DNA from: an uncultured Chloroflexia bacterium
Lineage (GTDB): Bacteria > Chloroflexota > Limnocylindria > Limnocylindrales > CSP1-4
DNA length: 64,000 nt
Assembly (NCBI GenBank): GCA_963816675.1
Contig: CAWFLS010000021.1
Span: 88,652 to 152,651 of the forward strand
Direction: 5' to 3'
Every line of letters starts with the position of its first letter. Within the stretch, counting starts at the first letter, position 1. The notes under the pieces are model-generated. The model was not told the DNA's origin. It was given only the letters and a program-made list of their open reading frames with translations, and did not search any database. Made by a program: the position numbers and the translations under genes. Shown piece by piece: positions 48,096 through 60,829 of this stretch.

Positions 48096-49914
48096 ATGTC
48101 CCAGACACCGAAGAGGTGGTCGATCAAGGGCGCGGTATTCGCCGCGTCCCTGTCGGTCGTCTTCGCCGCCTGTGGTACGGCGGCGACGTCGCCGAGTGCC
48201 AGCAGCCCCCGCGTCCACCGCCCCATCCGCCGCAGCCATCGGTGGCTGCGTCCGCCGCAGCGTCGATCGGCGCATCCGCAGGCGCTCGGCAGCATCGCGC
48301 TTCGGCCGCCGCATCTGCGAGCGGCGCAGCCTTCACGCGGCATGAGTCTATCCGAAGAGCGGCGATGCTCCGTGCGGCGTCGCGCCGTACACCGGCAACA
48401 TGAAGAAGATCACGGCGATCGATGCGCTGACCGTCGAGTTCCAGCTCTGCAACCCGGACGCCTCCTTCCTGCCGAAGGTCGCGTTCAGCGTGTTCGGCAT
48501 CCAGGATTCGGACTACCTGACGGCGCACGTGCCCGGACGGCACGATCCTCACCCAGCCGAACGGCACCGGGCCCGTACAAGTTCAAGGAATGGAGCAAGG
48601 GCAACCGGCTCGTCTGGGAAGCCAACCCCGACTACTGGGGCGACAAGGCCAAGACGCCCGGCCTCGAGTTCCACTGGAGCGACGAGTCCGCGGCGCGACT
48701 GCTCGACCTCCAGTCCGGCACCGTCGACGGCATCGACAACCCGGGCACCCCGGACATCACGACGATCAAGGCCGACAGCGAACCTGAAGTTCTACCCGCG
48801 AGCCGGGCTGAACACGCTGTTCCTCGGCTTCAACAACACGCAGAAGCCGTTCGATGACGTCCGCGTCCGCCAGGCGATCGCGATGGGCATCGACCGCGAG
48901 CAGATCGTCAAGAACTTCTTCCCGGACGGCTCGACCGTCGCCGAGTACTTCACGCCGTGCGAGATCCCGTTCGCCTGCGAGGCGACAAGTCCTGGACCTT
49001 CGACCCCGCCACGGCCAAGAAGCTCCTCGCCGACGCCGGCTTCCCGGACGGCAAGGGCATCACCGCACCGATCAACTTCCGCGCCGCCGTCCGCGGCTAC
49101 AACCCGAACCCGCCGGTCATCGCCACCGAGATCTCGCAGCAGCTCAAGAAGAACCTCGGCATCGACGCACCCCCGACCCTCGCTCGAGTCCGGCGCGATG
49201 ATCGACGGCTTCACCGCGGGCACGCTCAAGGGCCTGAGCCTGATCGGCTGGGGCGCTGACTATCCGGATCCGTCGAACTTCCTCGACTACCACTTCGGCT
49301 CGGGCTCGGGCAAGAAGTTCGGGACCCCGTTCCAGGACATCGTCGACGCCCTCAACAAGGGCCTCGCGACGGCCGACCCGGCCGCCCGCACCGCCGCCTA
49401 CGCGACGGCCAACAGCCTGATCAAGCAGCACGTCCCGGCGGTGATCATCGCCCACGGCGCCTCCGGCGCCGCCTTCAAGGCCGACGTCACCGGCGCCTAC
49501 GCGTCGGTCTTCGGCGGCGAGCAGCTTCGCCCGGATGCAGGCCGGCCGACCGGCCGACCATCGTGTTCGAGCAGAACGCCGAGCCGCTCAGCCTCTTCTG
49601 CGCCGACGAGTCGGACGGCGAGAGCCTCCGCGCGTGCGAGCAGACCAACGAGGCGCTCTATCGCTACGAGGGCGCCGACTCCGTGCCGGCCCTCGCCACC
49701 GAGTGCACGGCGAGCGCCGACTCCAAGACCTGGACCTGCAAGCTCCGCGACGGCGTGAAGTTCCATGACGGCGCGACGCTCGACGCCAACGACGTCGTCG
49801 CTCAGCTACGCGCTCCAGTGGGACACCAAGCATCCGCTCCACAAGGGCCGCGCCAGCTCGTTCGACTACTGGCCCGGCCTCTGGGGCGGCTTCCTCAACC
49901 CGCCGGCCAGCTAG
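48096..49914 (+). CDS. ABC transporter substrate-binding lipoprotein, family 5 (peptide/nickel type); frame-disrupted, with non-canonical domain order
   Basis: ATG 48096 follows GAGGAGGAG and gives MSQTPKRWSIKGAVFAASLSVVFAACGT (lipobox), then an Ala/Ser/Pro linker. Next come KKITAIDALTVEFQLCNPDASFLPKVAFSVFGIQDSDYL (48400..), GPYKFKEWSKGNRLVWEANPDYWGDKAKTPGLEFHWSDESAARLLDLQSGTVDGIDNPG (47952..48857 frame) and NLKFYPRAGLNTLFLGFNNTQKPFDDVRVRQAIAMGIDREQIV. Then LIGWGADYPDPSNFLDYHF...VPAVIIAHGASGAAFKADVTGAYASVFGGEQ. Only after that comes the usual N-lobe: FEQNAEPLSLFCADESDGESLRACEQTNEALYRYEGADSVPALATECTASADSKTWTCKLRDGVKFHDGATLDANDVV (49563..). It ends SYALQWDTKHPLHKGRASSFDYWPGLWGGFLNPPAS* (TAG 49912). 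Confidence 0.85.
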
Positions 49915-49952
49915 GAGTTCCGTCCGCAACGCGAAGGGAACCGGAACCGATC

Positions 49953-49978
49953 GGGGGCGTCGCATCTGCGGCGCCCCC
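49953..49978 (+). other. Intercistronic GC hairpin between the binding-protein gene and the permease genes (operon 1)
   Basis: GGGGGCGTCGC-atct-GCGGCGCCCCC: an 11-bp stem with one G-U pair and a 4-nt loop, about 40 nt after the stop and about 45 nt before the permease ATG. Confidence 0.55.
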
Positions 49979-50022
49979 ACTGTCTATCGCCGCACCGATC
50001 CGGCCTGGATGACGCAGCATCG

Positions 50023-51107
50023 ATGACGCAGTTCATCGTCCGCCGCGTGCTCGTCACGATCCCCGTCCTGCTGGGGATCGTCTTCATCGTGTTCGCGCTC
50101 GCCCGGCTCGTCCCGGGCGATCCCTGCCGGGCGGTCCTCGGCGAACGCGCGACCGACGCGGTCTGCAACGACTTCATCCACCGCTACGGGCTCGACCAGC
50201 CGATCCCGGTCCAGTTCGTCAGCTATCTCCAGCAGCTCGCGCAGCGGCGACCTCGGCGTCTCGATCAAGCACTCCGCGCCCGGTGACGCGAGCTGCTCAT
50301 CGAGCGCCTGCCGACCACCATCGAGCTGACGATCCTGGCGATGATCTTCGCGGTCACGCGTCGGCGTCCCGCTCGGGCTCATCTCGGCGTGTCCGGCACA
50401 ACTCGAAGACCGACGTCGGCACGATGGTCTTCGCGAACTTCGGCGTGTCGATGCCGGTCTTCGTCCTCGGGCTGCTGCTGGCCTTCCTGTTCGCGATCGT
50501 CCTGAAGGACACGCCGTTCTCGCTGCCGCCATCCGGCCGGCTGAGCTCGGGCGTCACCGTCGCACCGCTCGTGGCCGTGTGGGGCCTTCAGGACCTGATC
50601 GGGACCGCCGACGGGCGATCCTCGACTTCCTCTCCGGCTTCTACATCTTCACGTCGTTCATCACGGGCCAATGGGGCGCGATGGTCGACTCGTTCCGCCA
50701 CCTGATCCTGCCGGCCATCGCGCTCGGCACGATCCCGCTGGCGATCATCGCCCGGATCACCCGCTCGAGCCTGCTCGAGGTGCTCGGCCAGGACTACGTC
50801 CGAACCGCCCGGGCCAAGGGTCTCGGCGAGCGGAGCGTCGTCCTCCGCCACGCGGCCCGGAACGCGCTGCTGCCCGGTCGTGACGATCATCGGGCTCCAG
50901 CTCGGCGCGCTGCTGTCGGGCGCCGTCCTGACCGAGACGGTCTTCAACCTGGCCGGCGTCGGCCGCTCGCTGTACGAGGCGATCACCGGCCGCGACTACG
51001 TCGTGATCCAGGGGTTCACGCTGCTGATCGCGGTCATCTACGTCGTGATCAACCTCGTCGTCGACATCTCGTACGGCTTCCTCGACCCACGGGTGCGTCT
51101 GCGATGA
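50023..51107 (+). CDS. ABC peptide/nickel-type transporter permease (DppB/OppB-like), frame-disrupted
   Basis: 50023..50286 has [72 protein letters not shown]. 50283..50705 has [42 protein letters not shown]. The frame of 50579.. has [59 protein letters not shown]. 50880..51107 has [75 protein letters not shown]. Confidence 0.9.
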
Positions 51108-52066
51108 ACACATCCCTCAGCCAGGCCGCGGCCGACCAGGTAGCCGTCGAACCGGGAGCCGCCGCGCGACCTCGCTCGTCGAGCCTCTGGCGCGACACCG
51201 CCCGGAACGTCCTCCGCCAGCGATCGGCGGTCTTCGGCCTGATCATCCTCGGACTTCCTCGTCCTCACGGCGGTCTTCGCCGACCAGATCGCGACCCACG
51301 ACCCGACCGAGTCGCTGCTCGGCGCCGAGGCCGGGGTCACGGCCCGCGCGGCGCCGTGCATCCACCTGCTCGGCTGCCCGGCCGACGAGCCCGCAGCACA
51401 TCCTCGGGACCGACAGCAACTTCCGCGACGTGTTCAGCCGGGTCGTCTTCGGAGCGCGAACGTCGCTCGTCATCGGGCTCGCGGCGATCGGCTTCGCGAT
51501 CTTCGTCGGCTCGACCATCGGCGCGCTCGCCGGCTACATGTCGGGCTGGACGCGACAACATCGTCATGCGGCTGATGGACGTCGTCCTCGCCTTCCCGTC
51601 GCTGCTGCTCGCGATCATCATCGTCACCGCCGCCGGACCGAGCCTGATCAACGCGCTCATCGCGATCGGCATCGTCGCGATCCCCGTGTACGCGCGCGTC
51701 GCGCGGGCGTCGGTGCTGTCGTCGAAGGAGAACGACTACGTGACGGCGTCGCGGGCGCTCGGCGAGTCGACCTACGGCGTCCTCTTCCGGCGGATCATGC
51801 CGAACTCGATCACGCCGCTCGTCGTGACCGGGACGCTCGGCATCGGCGGCGCGGTCCTCGAGATCGCGGCCCTGGCGTTCGTCGGCGTCACCGGCGACAT
51901 CCAGCGGCCCGAGTGGGGCTCGATGATCGGCCTCGAGCGCAACCAGCTGTTCAGCGCCCCGTGGATGATCCTCGCGCCGGGCATCGCGATCACCCTGACC
52001 GTGCTCGCCTTCAACCTGCTCGGCGACGGACTCCGCGACGCACTCGACCCGCGGCTGAACCGGTGA
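51104..52066 (+). CDS. ABC peptide/nickel-type transporter permease (DppC/OppC-like), frame-disrupted
   Basis: ATG 51104 overlaps the upstream stop (ATGA) and gives [13 protein letters not shown]...[23 protein letters not shown]. Further on: [110 protein letters not shown] and [30 protein letters not shown] (frame of 50579..52066). Confidence 0.9.
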   Translation: MNTSLSQAAADQVAVEPGAAARPRSSSLWRDTARNVLRQRSAVFGLIILGLPRPHGGLRRPDRDPRPDRVAARRRGRGHGPRGAVHPPARLPGRRARSTSSGPTATSATCSAGSSSERERRSSSGSRRSASRSSSARPSARSPATCRAGRDNIVMRLMDVVLAFPSLLLAIIIVTAAGPSLINALIAIGIVAIPVYARVARASVLSSKENDYVTASRALGESTYGVLFRRIMPNSITPLVVTGTLGIGGAVLEIAALAFVGVTGDIQRPEWGSMIGLERNQLFSAPWMILAPGIAITLTVLAFNLLGDGLRDALDPRLNR

Positions 52067-53250
52067 CCGAGATCGTCCCGACCGAGACGCCCACGCCGCT
52101 CGACACGCTGGGGCCGTCCCTCGACGAGACGATCATCGAGGAGATCGTTCCCGCCTCGGCGCGCCGGCCCAGGCGCGCAGCGCACCGACCGGCCGCTGCT
52201 CGAGGTCCGCGGCCTGCGGACGTCGTTCTACACCCGCGACGGCGTCGTCCGCGCGGTCGACGGCATCGACTTCCACGTCGACCGCGGCGAGATCATGGGT
52301 CTCGTCGGCGAGTCGGGCTGCGGCAAGAGCGTGACCAGCCTGTCGATCATGCGGCTCGTCGCGAAGCCCGGCCGGATCGAGGCCGGCGAGGTCATCTTCG
52401 ACGGCAGGGACCTGCTGAAGGTCTCGGCCGAGGAGATGCGCAAGATCCGCGGCGACCGGATCTCGATGATCTTCCAGCAGCCGACCTCGTCGCTCAACCC
52501 GGTCTGGGAGGTCGGCGCGCAGATCGAGGAGATCCTCGGATCCACCGCAACATGAAGGGCAAGGCCGCCGAGGCGCGAGCGCTCGAGCTGCTGCGGATGG
52601 TCGGCATCCCGGACCCGAAGCGCCGCCTCAAGTCATACCCGCACGAGATGTCGGGCGGGATGGCCCAGCGGGTGATGATCGCGATGGCGCTCGCCTGCGA
52701 GCCCGAGCTGCTGATCGCCGACGAGCCGACGACCGCCCTCGACGTCACGATCCAGGCCCAGATCCTCGACCTGATGCGGAACCTCCGCGACGAGACCGGG
52801 ACGGCGATCATCCTCATCACCCACGACCTCGGCGTCGTCGCCGAGATGTGCGACCGGGTCGCGGTGATGTACGCCGGCGAGATCGTCGAGCAGACCGACG
52901 TCGAGTCGCTCTTCCGGACGCCGCTCCATCCGTACACCCGGGGGCTCATCGGCTCGATCCCGGTCGTCGGCGACGTCCGCGAGGAGCTCGCGGTCATCCC
53001 CGGCAACGTCCCGAACCTCATCGACCTGCCGAAGGGCTGCCGCTTCGCGCCGCGCTGCCTGACCCGGGTCGAGGAGGACCTCGCGATCTCGCTGGAGGTC
53101 CATCCGGCGCTGCTGCCGGCCTCGCCCGACCATGACGTCCGGTGCTGGGTGTACCACGACGCCCGCGGCCAGCTGATGCCGCGGCCCGAGACGGCGAGCG
53201 CGTCGAGACGGCCGGCGCCGGCACCGAGGGCGCCCGAGCTGATCACGTGA
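52063..53250 (+). CDS. ABC transporter ATP-binding protein (OppD/DppD-like), frame-disrupted
   Basis: GTG 52063 overlaps the upstream stop (GTGA). 52295..52555 has [70 protein letters not shown] (Walker A). The frame of 51430..53250 has [97 protein letters not shown] and [11 protein letters not shown]. Confidence 0.92.
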   Translation: MTEIVPTETPTPLDTLGPSLDETIIEEIVPASARRPRRAAHRPAAARGPRPADVVLHPRRRRPRGRRHRLPRRPRRDHGSRRRVGLRQERDQPVDHAARREARPDRGRRGHLRRQGPAEGLGRGDAQDPRRPDLDDLPAADLVAQPGLGGRRADRGDPRIHRNMKGKAAEARALELLRMVGIPDPKRRLKSYPHEMSGGMAQRVMIAMALACEPELLIADEPTTALDVTIQAQILDLMRNLRDETGTAIILITHDLGVVAEMCDRVAVMYAGEIVEQTDVESLFRTPLHPYTRGLIGSIPVVGDVREELAVIPGNVPNLIDLPKGCRFAPRCLTRVEEDLAISLEVHPALLPASPDHDVRCWVYHDARGQLMPRPETASASRRPAPAPRAPELIT

Positions 53251-54393
53251 CGGCGGCACCGACCCCGACGGGCGACGCCGGGCCGCCGATCGCACCGCGC
53301 GATCCGGCCGCCGTGACCGGCGACCGCCGGATCCCCGACGCCGGCGCCCACCGCCGGCGAGCCGCTCGTCCAGGTCCGCGACCTCGTCAAGCACTTCCCG
53401 ATCCGCGGCGGCATCCTCCAGCGGACGATCGGCATGGTCCAGGCCGTCGACGGCGTCGACCTCGACATCCGGCGCGGCGAGACGCTCGGCCTCGTCGGCG
53501 AGTCGGGCTGCGGCAAGACGACCGTCGGGCGCCTGCTGCTGCGCCTCATCGAGCCGACGTCGGGCTCGATCCGCTTCGACGGCGTCGAGCTCACGACGCT
53601 GAAGGGCGCCGCCCTCAAGCCGTACCGCCGGCGGATGCAGATCATCTTCCAGGACCCGTACTCGAGCCTCGACCCGCGGACGCCGATCGCCGACAGCATC
53701 GGCGAAGGCCTCCGGATCCACGGCCTCGGGAACGCGACCGAACGGCGCGACAAGGTCAGCCGGATGATGGACCTCGTCGGGCTCGCGTCGTACCACGCCC
53801 GGCGCTATCCGCACGAGTTCTCGGGCGGGCAGCGCCAGCGGATCGGGATCGCCCGGGCGCTCGTCCTCGAACCGGACCTCGTCGTCTGCGACGAGCCGGT
53901 GTCGGCGCTCGACGTGTCGATCCAGGCCCAGGTCCTGAACCTGCTCAAGCAGCTGCAGCGCGAGCTCGGCCTGACGTACCTCTTCGTCGCCCACAACATG
54001 GGCGTCGTCGAGCACATCAGCGACCGGGTCGCGGTGATGTACCTCGGCCGAGTCGCCGAGCTGGCCGACCGTCGGGCCCTGTTCCAGCACCAGGAGCACC
54101 CCTACACCCAGGCGCTCATGTCGGCGATCCCGGTGCCCGATCCCGACGATGCGCCGACAGCGGGTCATCCTCAAGGGCGACGTGCCGAGCCCGGTCAACC
54201 CGCCGACCGGCTGCCGCTTCCATCCGCGCTGCCCGCTGCGCGAGCAGCTCGACTCGCCGGCGATCTGCGCCGAGGCCGTCCCACCGCTGCTGCCAAGCGA
54301 GGGCGACCACCTCGTCGCGTGCCACTTCCGGGGTTCGGGCGCGATGGCGCCGCCCAAGACGAACGACCTGGGGCCGCTTCCAGGCCGGTCTGA
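53247..54393 (+). CDS. ABC transporter ATP-binding protein (OppF/DppF-like), frame-disrupted; 3' end uncertain
   Basis: GTG 53247 overlaps the upstream stop (GTGA). 53434..54393 has [156 protein letters not shown] and [12 protein letters not shown]. 54149.. has [25 protein letters not shown] and HLVACHF. Confidence 0.9.
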
Positions 54394-54479
54394 CTCGGCG
54401 ACTCGGCCACCCGCGTCGACGGCACACGCCGCCAACGCCCGGCCGCGGCACGGGACGTCCCAGGCCACGCCTGAACCGC

Positions 54480-55746
54480 CTACGGCTTCTCGCCGCCCCG
54501 CCGTTCGCTGTCGTCGGTGTAGAACATCCGCCTCGGGCATCGGGACGTCGGTGGCTTCCTCGATCGAGGACGCCGTCTGTTCGAGCGCGCCGGCGCCTCG
54601 AGGACGGGCTCGGCGGCTTTGCGGCTCTGCGGCGAGGAGCGCCAGCGCGGCTGCCGGCGTCCCGCGCCGGGCCCGTTCCTCGCCAAGATGGGCGATCCCG
54701 ACGTCGGTCTTGAGCGCCTCCTCGGCGAAGTGGCACGCGACGGCCTGCTCGCCCGCGAGGACCCGCAGCTCCGGGTCGACCGTCCGGCACTGCTCGGGCT
54801 GGCCGAGCCGCTCGTACAGCCAGCAGCGGGTGTGGAACCGGCAGCCCGACGGCGGGTTGACCGGGCTCGGCACGTCGCCCTTGAGGATGACCCGGCGGCG
54901 CTTGCGCTCGGCGACCGGATCCGGCACCGGGACGGCGGACAGGAGGGCGCGGGTGTACGGATGGCCCGGCGCCGCGTACATCTCGTCCGGCGGCCCGATC
55001 TCGACGATCTTGCCGAGGTACATCACCGCGACCCGGTCGCTGATGTGCTTGACCACCGACAGGTCGTGGGCGATGAACAGGTATGTCAGCCCGAGCCGCT
55101 CGCGCAGGTCGGTCAGCAGGTTGAGGACCTGGCCCTGGATCGACACGTCGAGCGCCGAGATCGGCTCGTCGCAGACGATGAACTCGGGCTCGACCGCGAG
55201 CGCCCGGGCGACGCCGATGCGCTGGCGCTGACCGCCCGAGAACTCGTGCGGATAGCGGCTGACGTACGCCGGGTCGAGGCCGACGATCCGGAGCAGGTCC
55301 GCGATCCGGTCGCGCTTCGCCTCGCCCGAGGCGAGGTTGTGGGTCTCGAGCGGTTCGGCGATCGTCGCGCCGACGGTCATCCGCGGATCGAGCGAGCCGT
55401 ACGGGTCCTGGAAGATGATCTGCATCCGCCGCCGCATCCGGCGCAGCGCGTCGGGCTTGAGCGATCGTCAGGTCGACACCGTCGAATCGCACGACCCCGC
55501 CCGACGGGTCGCGGAGCCGGATGAGCGCCCGGCCGGTCGTGCTCTTGCCGCAGCCCGACTCGCCCACCAGGCCGAGCGTCTCGCCGCGACGGATCGTGAA
55601 GGAGATGCCGTCGACCGCCTTGACGGTCCCGATCTCCGTGCTGGAAGATCCCCGCCCGGATCGGGAAGTAGACCTTGAGGTCCTCGACCTCGATGATGTC
55701 CGCGGTGTCCTCGCCGGCGTCGGCGCCGGTTGCGCAGTCGGCGCGG

Positions 55747-55750
<4 letters not shown>
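54480..55750 (-). CDS. ABC transporter ATP-binding protein (OppF/DppF-like, operon 2), frame-disrupted
   Basis: ATG 55750 overlaps the upstream stop (ATGA). 55377..55763 has [29 protein letters not shown]. 54116..56074 has [54 protein letters not shown]. 52633..55437 has [135 protein letters not shown] and [11 protein letters not shown]. The putative stop is at 54480. Confidence 0.9.
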
Positions 55751-56864
<1,114 letters not shown>

Positions 56865-56865
56865 G

Positions 56866-57810
56866 CTACTGCTTTCCCTTCAGCTTCGGATCGAGGGCGT
56901 CGCGGAGACCGTCTCCGAGGAACGTGAAGCTGATCAGGGCGATGGCGATGCAGATCGCCGGGAAGACCACGAGGTGCGGGTCCGAGCGGAGGACCTTCTG
57001 GCCCTCGGCGACGAGGCTGCCCCACGACGCCCGCGGCGCCTGGACGCCGATGCCGATGTAGGCGAGGGTCGCCTCGGCGAGGACGGCCGCCGGGATGCCG
57101 AGCGTGACGGCGACGATGATCGGGCCCATCCCGTTGGGCAGCAGGTGCTTGGTCACGATCCGTGCGGTCGGACACGCCGATCGCCCGCGCCGCCTCGACG
57201 AATTCGGTCTCCTTGAGCGCCAGCATCTGGCCGCGAACCAGCCGGGCGACCGTCACCCAGCTCGTCAGGCCGATCGCGACGAACACGAGGAGGAGGCCGT
57301 CCATCGCCTGGCCGAACGGCGTCTCGCGGAAGGCGACCGAGAGCAGGATGATGAACAGCAGGTCCGGGAAGGCGTACATGACGTCGGTGAAGCGCATCAG
57401 GACGTTGTCGAGTGCGGCCGCCGAACCAGCCGGCCAGCGCCCCGACCGGGACGCCGATCAGGAGGACGACGATCTGGACGACGATCGCGACGCGTCATGC
57501 TGATCCGGGCGCCGTCCATCAGGCGGCTGAGCAGGTCACGGCCGATCTGGTCGGTGCCGAGCAGGTGGCCCGGGCTCAGCGGCGGCAGCGGCCGGCCGCC
57601 GTTCTGGATGATCGCCTGGAGGTCCTGCTGCGTGGTACGGATACGGCGCGAGGTACGGCCCGAAGATCGCGATGAAGCATCAGGAAGATCACCGCGATCA
57701 GGCCGACCATCGCGAGGCGGTTCTTGCGCAGCCGCCCGAATGCGTCGCGCCACAGTCCGGTCGCAGGCCTCGGCTGCGACGACTGTGCCGCGCAGGGTCT
57801 CCGTCGCCAT
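56866..57810 (-). CDS. ABC transporter permease (DppC/OppC-like, operon 2), frame-disrupted
   Basis: ATG 57810 gives [14 protein letters not shown]... 57397..57864 has [25 protein letters not shown]. 56861..57397 has [77 protein letters not shown]. 56866..57156 has [96 protein letters not shown]. Confidence 0.9.
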
Positions 57811-57820
57811 CGTCGAGCTC

Positions 57821-58742
57821 CTAGCTGTAGCGGATGCGCGGGTCGATGTAGGCGTACAGCACATCGACCACGAGGTTGAGGAACGCCACCACGAAGGCGT
57901 ACAGGATGGTCATCGCCATCAGCACGCCGTAGTCGTGCTGGCCGATCGAGGTGATGTAGTAGCGGCCGATGCCCGGGATACCGAAGATCGACTCGATGAT
58001 GAACGAACCGGTGACGAGGAACGCGAGGGTCGGGCCGAGGATCGTCACCACCGGGATCAGCGCGTTGCGGATCATGTGCCGCGACACCACGTCACGGCCG
58101 CCGACGCCCTTGCTGTGGGCGGTCCGGATGTAGTCCTTGCGGGTGACCTCGAGCATCGACGCCCTGGTGTACCGGGCGATGACCGCGATCGGAAAGCCGG
58201 CCAGCGCGATCGCCGGGAGGATCCACGTCTCGGGGCCCTTCCAGCCGCCGGTCGGTAACCATTTGAGGGTCACCCCGAAGAACACGACCAGCAGGATCGC
58301 CAGCACGAAACTGGGCATGGCGATGCCGATGATGGAGATCGCCGGTCGATAAGTAGTCGGGCCATCGGTTGTGCCCGAGGGCGGCGAAGATGCCGAGCGG
58401 GATGCCGACGGCGACCGCCAGGAAGAAGGCCATCAGCCCGAGCTGGACCGTCGTCCAGATGCCGTCGGCGACGATGTCGTTGACGGTCCGGTCGGTGTAC
58501 TTGTAGGACGGTCCGAGGTTGCCCTGGAGCCAGGTTCCCGACCCAGCGTCGCGTACTGGATGTAGACCGGGCTGGTCGAGACCGTACTTCTGGTTCAGGC
58601 GGTCGACCGTGCCCTGCGGCAGCGCCTTCTCGCGAGCCCATGGCCCGCCGGGGACGGACTGCATGAGCAGGAACGTGAGCGCGGTGACCACGAACAGGAC
58701 CGGGATGATCCACAACAGTCGGCGGACGAAGTACCTGATCAT
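57821..58742 (-). CDS. ABC transporter permease (DppB/OppB-like, operon 2), frame-disrupted
   Basis: 58092..58742 has MIRYFVRRLLWIIPVLFVVTALTFLLMQSVPGGPWAREKALPQGTVDRLNQKYGLDQP, GPSYKYTDRTVNDIVADGIWTTVQLGLMAFFLAVAVGIPLGIFAALGHNRWPDYL. 57821..58318 has MPSFVLAILLVVFFGVTLKWLPTGGWKGPETWILPAIALAGFPIAVIARYTRASMLEVTRKDYIRTAHSKGVGGRDVVSRHMIRNALIPVVTILGPTLAFLVTGSFIIESIFGIPGIGRYYITSI and DPRIRYS*. Confidence 0.92.
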
Positions 58743-58837
58743 CTCGGTCCTCGGTCTGCTCCTGGACGATTGGCGTAGCGAGTTGCCCTTACGCGACCCG
58801 GGCCCTCCAGCGTAGCGATCGAGGGGCCGGGTCGCGG

Positions 58838-58861
58838 GGTGGGACGCGGTGTCGTCCCACC
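58838..58861 (-). other. Intercistronic GC hairpin between the binding-protein gene and the permease genes (operon 2)
   Basis: GGTGGGACG-cggtgt-CGTCCCACC: a 9-bp perfect stem and 6-nt loop inside the 147-nt spacer between the binding-protein stop (58890) and the permease start (58742). Confidence 0.5.
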
Positions 58862-58889
58862 CACGTGACGAACGAGGAGCGGTGCGCTC

Positions 58890-60738
58890 CTAGTGCTTCG
58901 CGATGCTGATGTTCTCGTAGAACAGGTCGCCGATGACGACGGAGTCCTGGCCGGTGCCGGTGACTCCCTTGACCCACGGGCGAACCTCGTAGTTGCTGAC
59001 GCGCCAGCGGGTGAAGACCGCCGGGGCGTCCTCGACGAGGAGCTCCTGGGCCTGGTTGTAGAGGGCGTCGGCCTTGGTCGGCGTCGGTCTCGGCGCCGGC
59101 CTTGGCGACGAGGTCGTCGAACGCGGGGCTGTTGTACCCCTCGTCGTTGTTGCCGCTCTTGCTGCCGAACAGCGCGCGCAGGAAGTTGTCCGGGTGCGGA
59201 TAGTCCGCGCCCCAGGCGTTACGGGCGATCGAGTAGACGAGCTTGGGGCGCTCGACGACGAACGTGTCGAAGGTCACGCCCTTCAGCTCGCTCTTGATGC
59301 CGAGGTTCTTGCTCCACTGCTCCTGCATGTACGCAGAGGTGATCTCGTGACCGGCGTTGGTGTTGAAGCCGAACGACAGGGTCGGGACTTCGCTGACGTC
59401 CTTGTAGCCAAGCTCGGTGAGCGCCTGGTCCAGCTCCTTCTTGGCGCCGTCGACGTCGTACTTGAGCCCGATGTCGTGCCTGGTGGCCGGGCATGCCGGG
59501 CGGGATCGGGCTACCGGCGACCATGCCCTGGCCGCCGTAGACGGTCTGCCATCATGGTGTCCTTGTCGATGGCCATCGACAGGGCGCGGCGGAAGTGCTT
59601 GTTGGCGGTCGGGCCCGGCTTGTGCGGCTGGCCCTTGTAGGTGGTCTCAGACGAGGTGTCGAAGCCCCAGTAGTCCATGGTGAGGGTCGGCTGCGTCACG
59701 ACGAGCGGGCCGAGCGTGGCGTCGGCCTTGATGCGCGGCACGTCGGACGGGTTCGCCGCCAGCATGTCGAGCTCACCGGCCTCGAACGACGCCTGGTTGG
59801 CCGTCGGGTCGCCACCGATCGCGTAGTGGATCGTGGTCAGGGTCGGCTTCTGGCCGTACCAGTTCGGGTTCGGGACCAGGACGATCTCGGCCTGGTGGGT
59901 CCACGACTTCATCATGAACGGGCCGGAGCTGACGTAGTTCGCGGCCTCGGTGAAGTTCGGGGTCTTGACCCACTTCTCCTGGATCGGCGCCGCCACCCAG
60001 AGGGCGACGATGTCGAGGAAGTAGCCGGTCGGGTGGGTCAGCTTGACGACGAAGGTCTTGGGATCCGGAGCCGACACGCCGACGTTCTTGAGGGCCGCCT
60101 CGATGTCGGCGTCCGACGGAGCCGGCGTCTCGCCGGTCATGCGCGATGAGCTTGTCGGCACCGACGACGTCACCCATGAACGCCTGATAGGACGCGGCGG
60201 TGCGCGGGTCGAGCTCGCGCTTCCAGGCGAAGACGAGGTCGTCCGCGACGATCGGGTCGCCATTGCTGTACTTGGCGTCGCGGAGCTTGAAGGTGTACGT
60301 CAGGCCGTCGACGAGATGGTCGGGAGGTCCTCGGCGAGCGACGGGACGAGGCTTCAGGTCCTTGTCGAAGTAGATCAGGCCCCGGTTCAGGGCATGGAGC
60401 ACGCCGATGTCGGTGCTCGTCGATGCCTTGCTCGGGATCAAGCGTCGCCGGATCCTCTGCGCCGAGGGTGACGCGGAGGGTCTGGTCATCGGCGAGGTCG
60501 ACCGCGGCCGCGGAAGCGGAGGCGGAGGCGGCCGCGCTCGGCGATGCCTCGCCGCTGGCGGAGGCGCTCGCGGAGCGCGCTCGGGGTCTCGGCGCTGGCA
60601 GCCGCACTCGCGGCTGTGCTCGCGGCGGCGCTCGGCGCTGCCGCACTCGGAGCGGTCGACGTGGTCGAACGTGCCGCAGGCGGCGGCGACGATCGCCACC
60701 GTCCCGAGGATCCCGATTAGTCGTTTCTTTACGAACAT
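58890..60738 (-). CDS. ABC transporter substrate-binding lipoprotein, family 5 (peptide/nickel type), canonical domain order; frame-disrupted
   Basis: 59773..60738 has MFVKKRLIGILGTVAIVAAACGT (lipobox), then an Ala/Ser/Pro linker. 60170..60754 has AAVDLADDQTLRVTLGAEDPATLDP. The N-lobe follows: IGVLHALNRGLIYFDKDLKP, DGLTYTFKLRDAKYSNGDPIVADDLVFAWKRELDPRTAASYQAFMGDVVGADKLIA. 59511..60263 has SGPFMMKSWTHQAEIVLVPNPNWYGQKPTLTTIHYAIGGDPTANQASFEAGELDMLAANPSDVPRIKAD and FRRALSMAIDKDTMM. 58789..59328 has MQEQWSKNLGIKSELKGVTFDTFVVERPKLVYSIARNAWGADYPHPDNFLRALF. It ends ...FYENISIAKH*. Confidence 0.9.
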
Positions 60739-60786
60739 CTGGCCATCCTTTCACGGGTGACCGGCGTCACGGCCTCCTCGCCGCGA

Positions 60787-60829
60787 CGTCCGGGTGTCGG
60801 TCGTCCGGGCACCATCCATGGCGTCCGGG
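60787..60829 (-). repeat. Three direct copies of CCCGGACG (operon-2 sense orientation) in the leader/promoter region of the second ABC operon
   Basis: Plus-strand CGTCCGGG occurs at 60787..60794, 60802..60809 and 60822..60829. A fourth copy in inverted orientation lies at 61026..61033. A related CCCGGAC/TCCGGAC pair sits in the operon-1 leader (48039..48045, 48008..48014). Confidence 0.5.

Noticed and set aside
60480-60700. Low-complexity GC-rich repeats (GCGGAGGCGGAGGCGGCC..., similar at 48150-48330) that look like tandem repeats
   Set aside because: They translate to Ala/Ser/Pro-rich linkers directly after the lipobox cysteines of the two binding lipoproteins. This is the usual flexible tether, not an independent repeat element or CRISPR-like array.
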